DNA from: a virus
Taxonomy: Duplodnaviria > Caudoviricetes
Direction: 5' to 3' (one strand)
Length of the DNA: 57,786 bases
Virus record (IMG/VR): IMGVR_UViG_3300020045_013637
Span: 1-57,786 of that record
Both the position numbers and the translations under genes were made by a program. Numbering within the stretch: the first letter of the stretch is position 1; every line of letters starts with the position of its first letter. Of this stretch, positions 56,181 through 57,786 are shown piece after piece. The notes beneath the pieces were generated by a model that was not told the origin of the DNA, searched no databases, and saw only the letters and a program-made list of their open reading frames with translations.

Positions 56181-57786
56181 ATGACAGATAGTACAATGGA
56201 AAGTATGCTTGATCCATCCAAGTTAGAGATGGACTCGCCGGATTGGGACAAAGCTAGTAATTCGCATGAGTTGACTCTTGTTCATATGCAAGAAAAAGAA
56301 GTCGAGTCTCTTCTTGCTCTACAGAAGAAGCCAATATTTTCAGAAATTGAAGGGTTGGGAAAAGTTTATTCTTTCCCTGATCTGGCTGAAATGTTTGATA
56401 ATCCGGCAATACGACGACTTTTTGTTGATTCCGTGCATCATAAACGATCTACAGATCCTCAAAAAGATAACTTGTTAAATGATTTACATGCTGAAGGACT
56501 TGCGCATCTTCCTGATATTTCTTCTGACGTTCCCGGTGGAACTGAAGGACAAGAAGAACTTGCTGCTCAAGGAGAAGGGGATGACAATATGGTTGTCGAA
56601 GTACCTCTTAATGTCGTTAAAATGTTTGTTGAAATTGAGGGTAGGGAGCCTAATATCAATCCTAATACAGGACTATTAGCATTTGGCGGTATATTCGGGA
56701 AAAGAAAAGGGGCTTCAAATGATATCATTAGAGGTTTGGCAACTTTAGCCGGTGCAATGTATGGAGGCGGAACAGGGGCTGCCATCGGTCATTCCTTGGG
56801 AAGAATGGCTACAGGACAAGAGTTCACAAAAACCTTAATCCCTTCTGCTAAAATGGGGTTGATAACCTATGGAGCTCAAAAGTTCCTTCCTCATATCCCG
56901 GGAGTTAAATCAGGGATTGATAAACTCTCTCAATATTCTCCCTCTATTGGTAAAGGAGCCGCGGCTTTAGCGGGGACATCTGCATCTCTAAATATGCCTG
57001 GGGTTAGCGATATAGCCAATATGGGTAATAATGCTGTTTCCGGTGCAACAAAGGGGATTACCTCTTTATTGTCGCCGGATAATGCTAATGCAGGTACAGA
57101 ATCAAAAGGAACAGGTAAAGACGATGGGGGGATTTTATCAAATGTTCTAAAAAGTGAATTACTTCCGTTAGGATTAGTTCATGGTCTGAATTATATGGGG
57201 TCTCAACGTCATCAGAAGTTTTTAGAAAAACAACAACGTGAATCTGAAGAACGTTATGAAAAAGAACGGGCTCGTCATCATTTTGACCAACCATGGGTAG
57301 AGCCAACATTTAATAAGAAAAAACGGAATCCCGCTTGGACTGAGCGTGGAACGGAACCTTATTACATTACAGAGGGAAAAGAGTTTGCTCGCGGCGGGAT
57401 GGTTACCAAATCCATAAAACCCCAATCCTTTGTTGAGAAGAAAGTTGATTTTGCTATCAATGGCCCTGGAAAAGGTCAAGATGATTTGATCGTAACTAAA
57501 TTAGAACCTGGAGGTTTTATCTTACCTGCTGATGTAACTGCAATGGTTGGTGATGGTGCAACAGATGCAGGACATGCTACAATAAAGGAATTCGTTAACC
57601 GATTTGCACCTGTACTCAGAAAAAAAATAGGGGGGGGCGTTCCTAAACCAAAAGGATTCGTCGATGCTCGGGTTGCTAATGGTGAAACGGCACTAAGAGA
57701 ACGTTTTGTAACCGGTCTTGGTGATGGCTCTAATGACCGCGGGGCAAAGATGCTGGATAATATGATGAAACGTTTGAGAGCTCATA
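56181..57786 (+). CDS. Putative ejection protein (559 aa, ends at 195 across the junction); absent from the ORF track
   Basis: Hand translation is open from ATG 56181: LVHMQEKE, NPNTGLLAF, FARGGMV, GPGKGQDDLI...FILPADV...GDG. Confidence 0.85.
   Translation, partial: MTDSTMESMLDPSKLEMDSPDWDKASNSHELTLVHMQEKEVESLLALQKKPIFSEIEGLGKVYSFPDLAEMFDNPAIRRLFVDSVHHKRSTDPQKDNLLNDLHAEGLAHLPDISSDVPGGTEGQEELAAQGEGDDNMVVEVPLNVVKMFVEIEGREPNINPNTGLLAFGGIFGKRKGASNDIIRGLATLAGAMYGGGTGAAIGHSLGRMATGQEFTKTLIPSAKMGLITYGAQKFLPHIPGVKSGIDKLSQYSPSIGKGAAALAGTSASLNMPGVSDIANMGNNAVSGATKGITSLLSPDNANAGTESKGTGKDDGGILSNVLKSELLPLGLVHGLNYMGSQRHQKFLEKQQRESEERYEKERARHHFDQPWVEPTFNKKKRNPAWTERGTEPYYITEGKEFARGGMVTKSIKPQSFVEKKVDFAINGPGKGQDDLIVTKLEPGGFILPADVTAMVGDGATDAGHATIKEFVNRFAPVLRKKIGGGVPKPKGFVDARVANGETALRERFVTGLGDGSNDRGAKMLDNMMKRLRAH
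57666..57786. repeat. Terminal direct repeat (copy 2)
   Basis: Identical to 1-121. Confidence 0.97.

Noticed and set aside
56278-57479. Short ORFs in the track suggesting a pseudogene or alternative genetic code
   Set aside because: One open frame runs from 56181 across the junction; the short ORFs are shadows. Long genes translate normally in code 11.
57666-57786. Biological terminal repeat
   Set aside because: It falls mid-gene and its length fits an assembler overlap; it shows circularity, not the physical ends

Overview
The window is an apparently complete circular (or terminally redundant) tailed-phage genome of about 57.67 kb. Bases 1-121 are repeated exactly at 57666-57786, and one ORF reads in frame across the junction. 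One long + strand morphogenesis block runs from 41.0 kb across the junction to 14.5 kb. It holds a head decoration protein, a Mu-gpT-like major capsid protein, paralogous structural proteins, adaptor/nozzle-like proteins, tail fibres, ejection-like proteins, an ankyrin protein, TerL, portal, a GroES-like protein, a scaffold and a full GroEL. No tape measure or sheath is evident, so the virion is probably podovirus-like. The remaining ~26 kb holds tRNA-Gln, a GH108 endolysin, RecT/YqaJ recombination genes, C5 and N6 DNA methyltransferases, WGR and Panacea proteins, a lambdoid-type replication initiator, ArdC-N, a TerS-like protein, an AlpA-like protein, an RNAP alpha-CTD-like protein and SSB. 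I recognised no integrase, repressor or DNA polymerase. Several proteins suggest an alphaproteobacterial host, possibly a protist endosymbiont (inference). The main oddities are: (1) a tandem 57-nt structured repeat in a hairpin-rich leader before the capsid operon; (2) a transposase-free IS1-like element with TIRs, an 8-bp TSD and two passenger genes; (3) a GroEL/GroES pair plus a truncated groEL start that differs only at synonymous sites; (4) a shared [FYMLV]xxGGx[VI] motif in many internal virion proteins; (5) an inverted, displaced ejection-protein paralog; (6) apparent CCGG over-representation. All calls come from motif recognition by eye; no searches were run.
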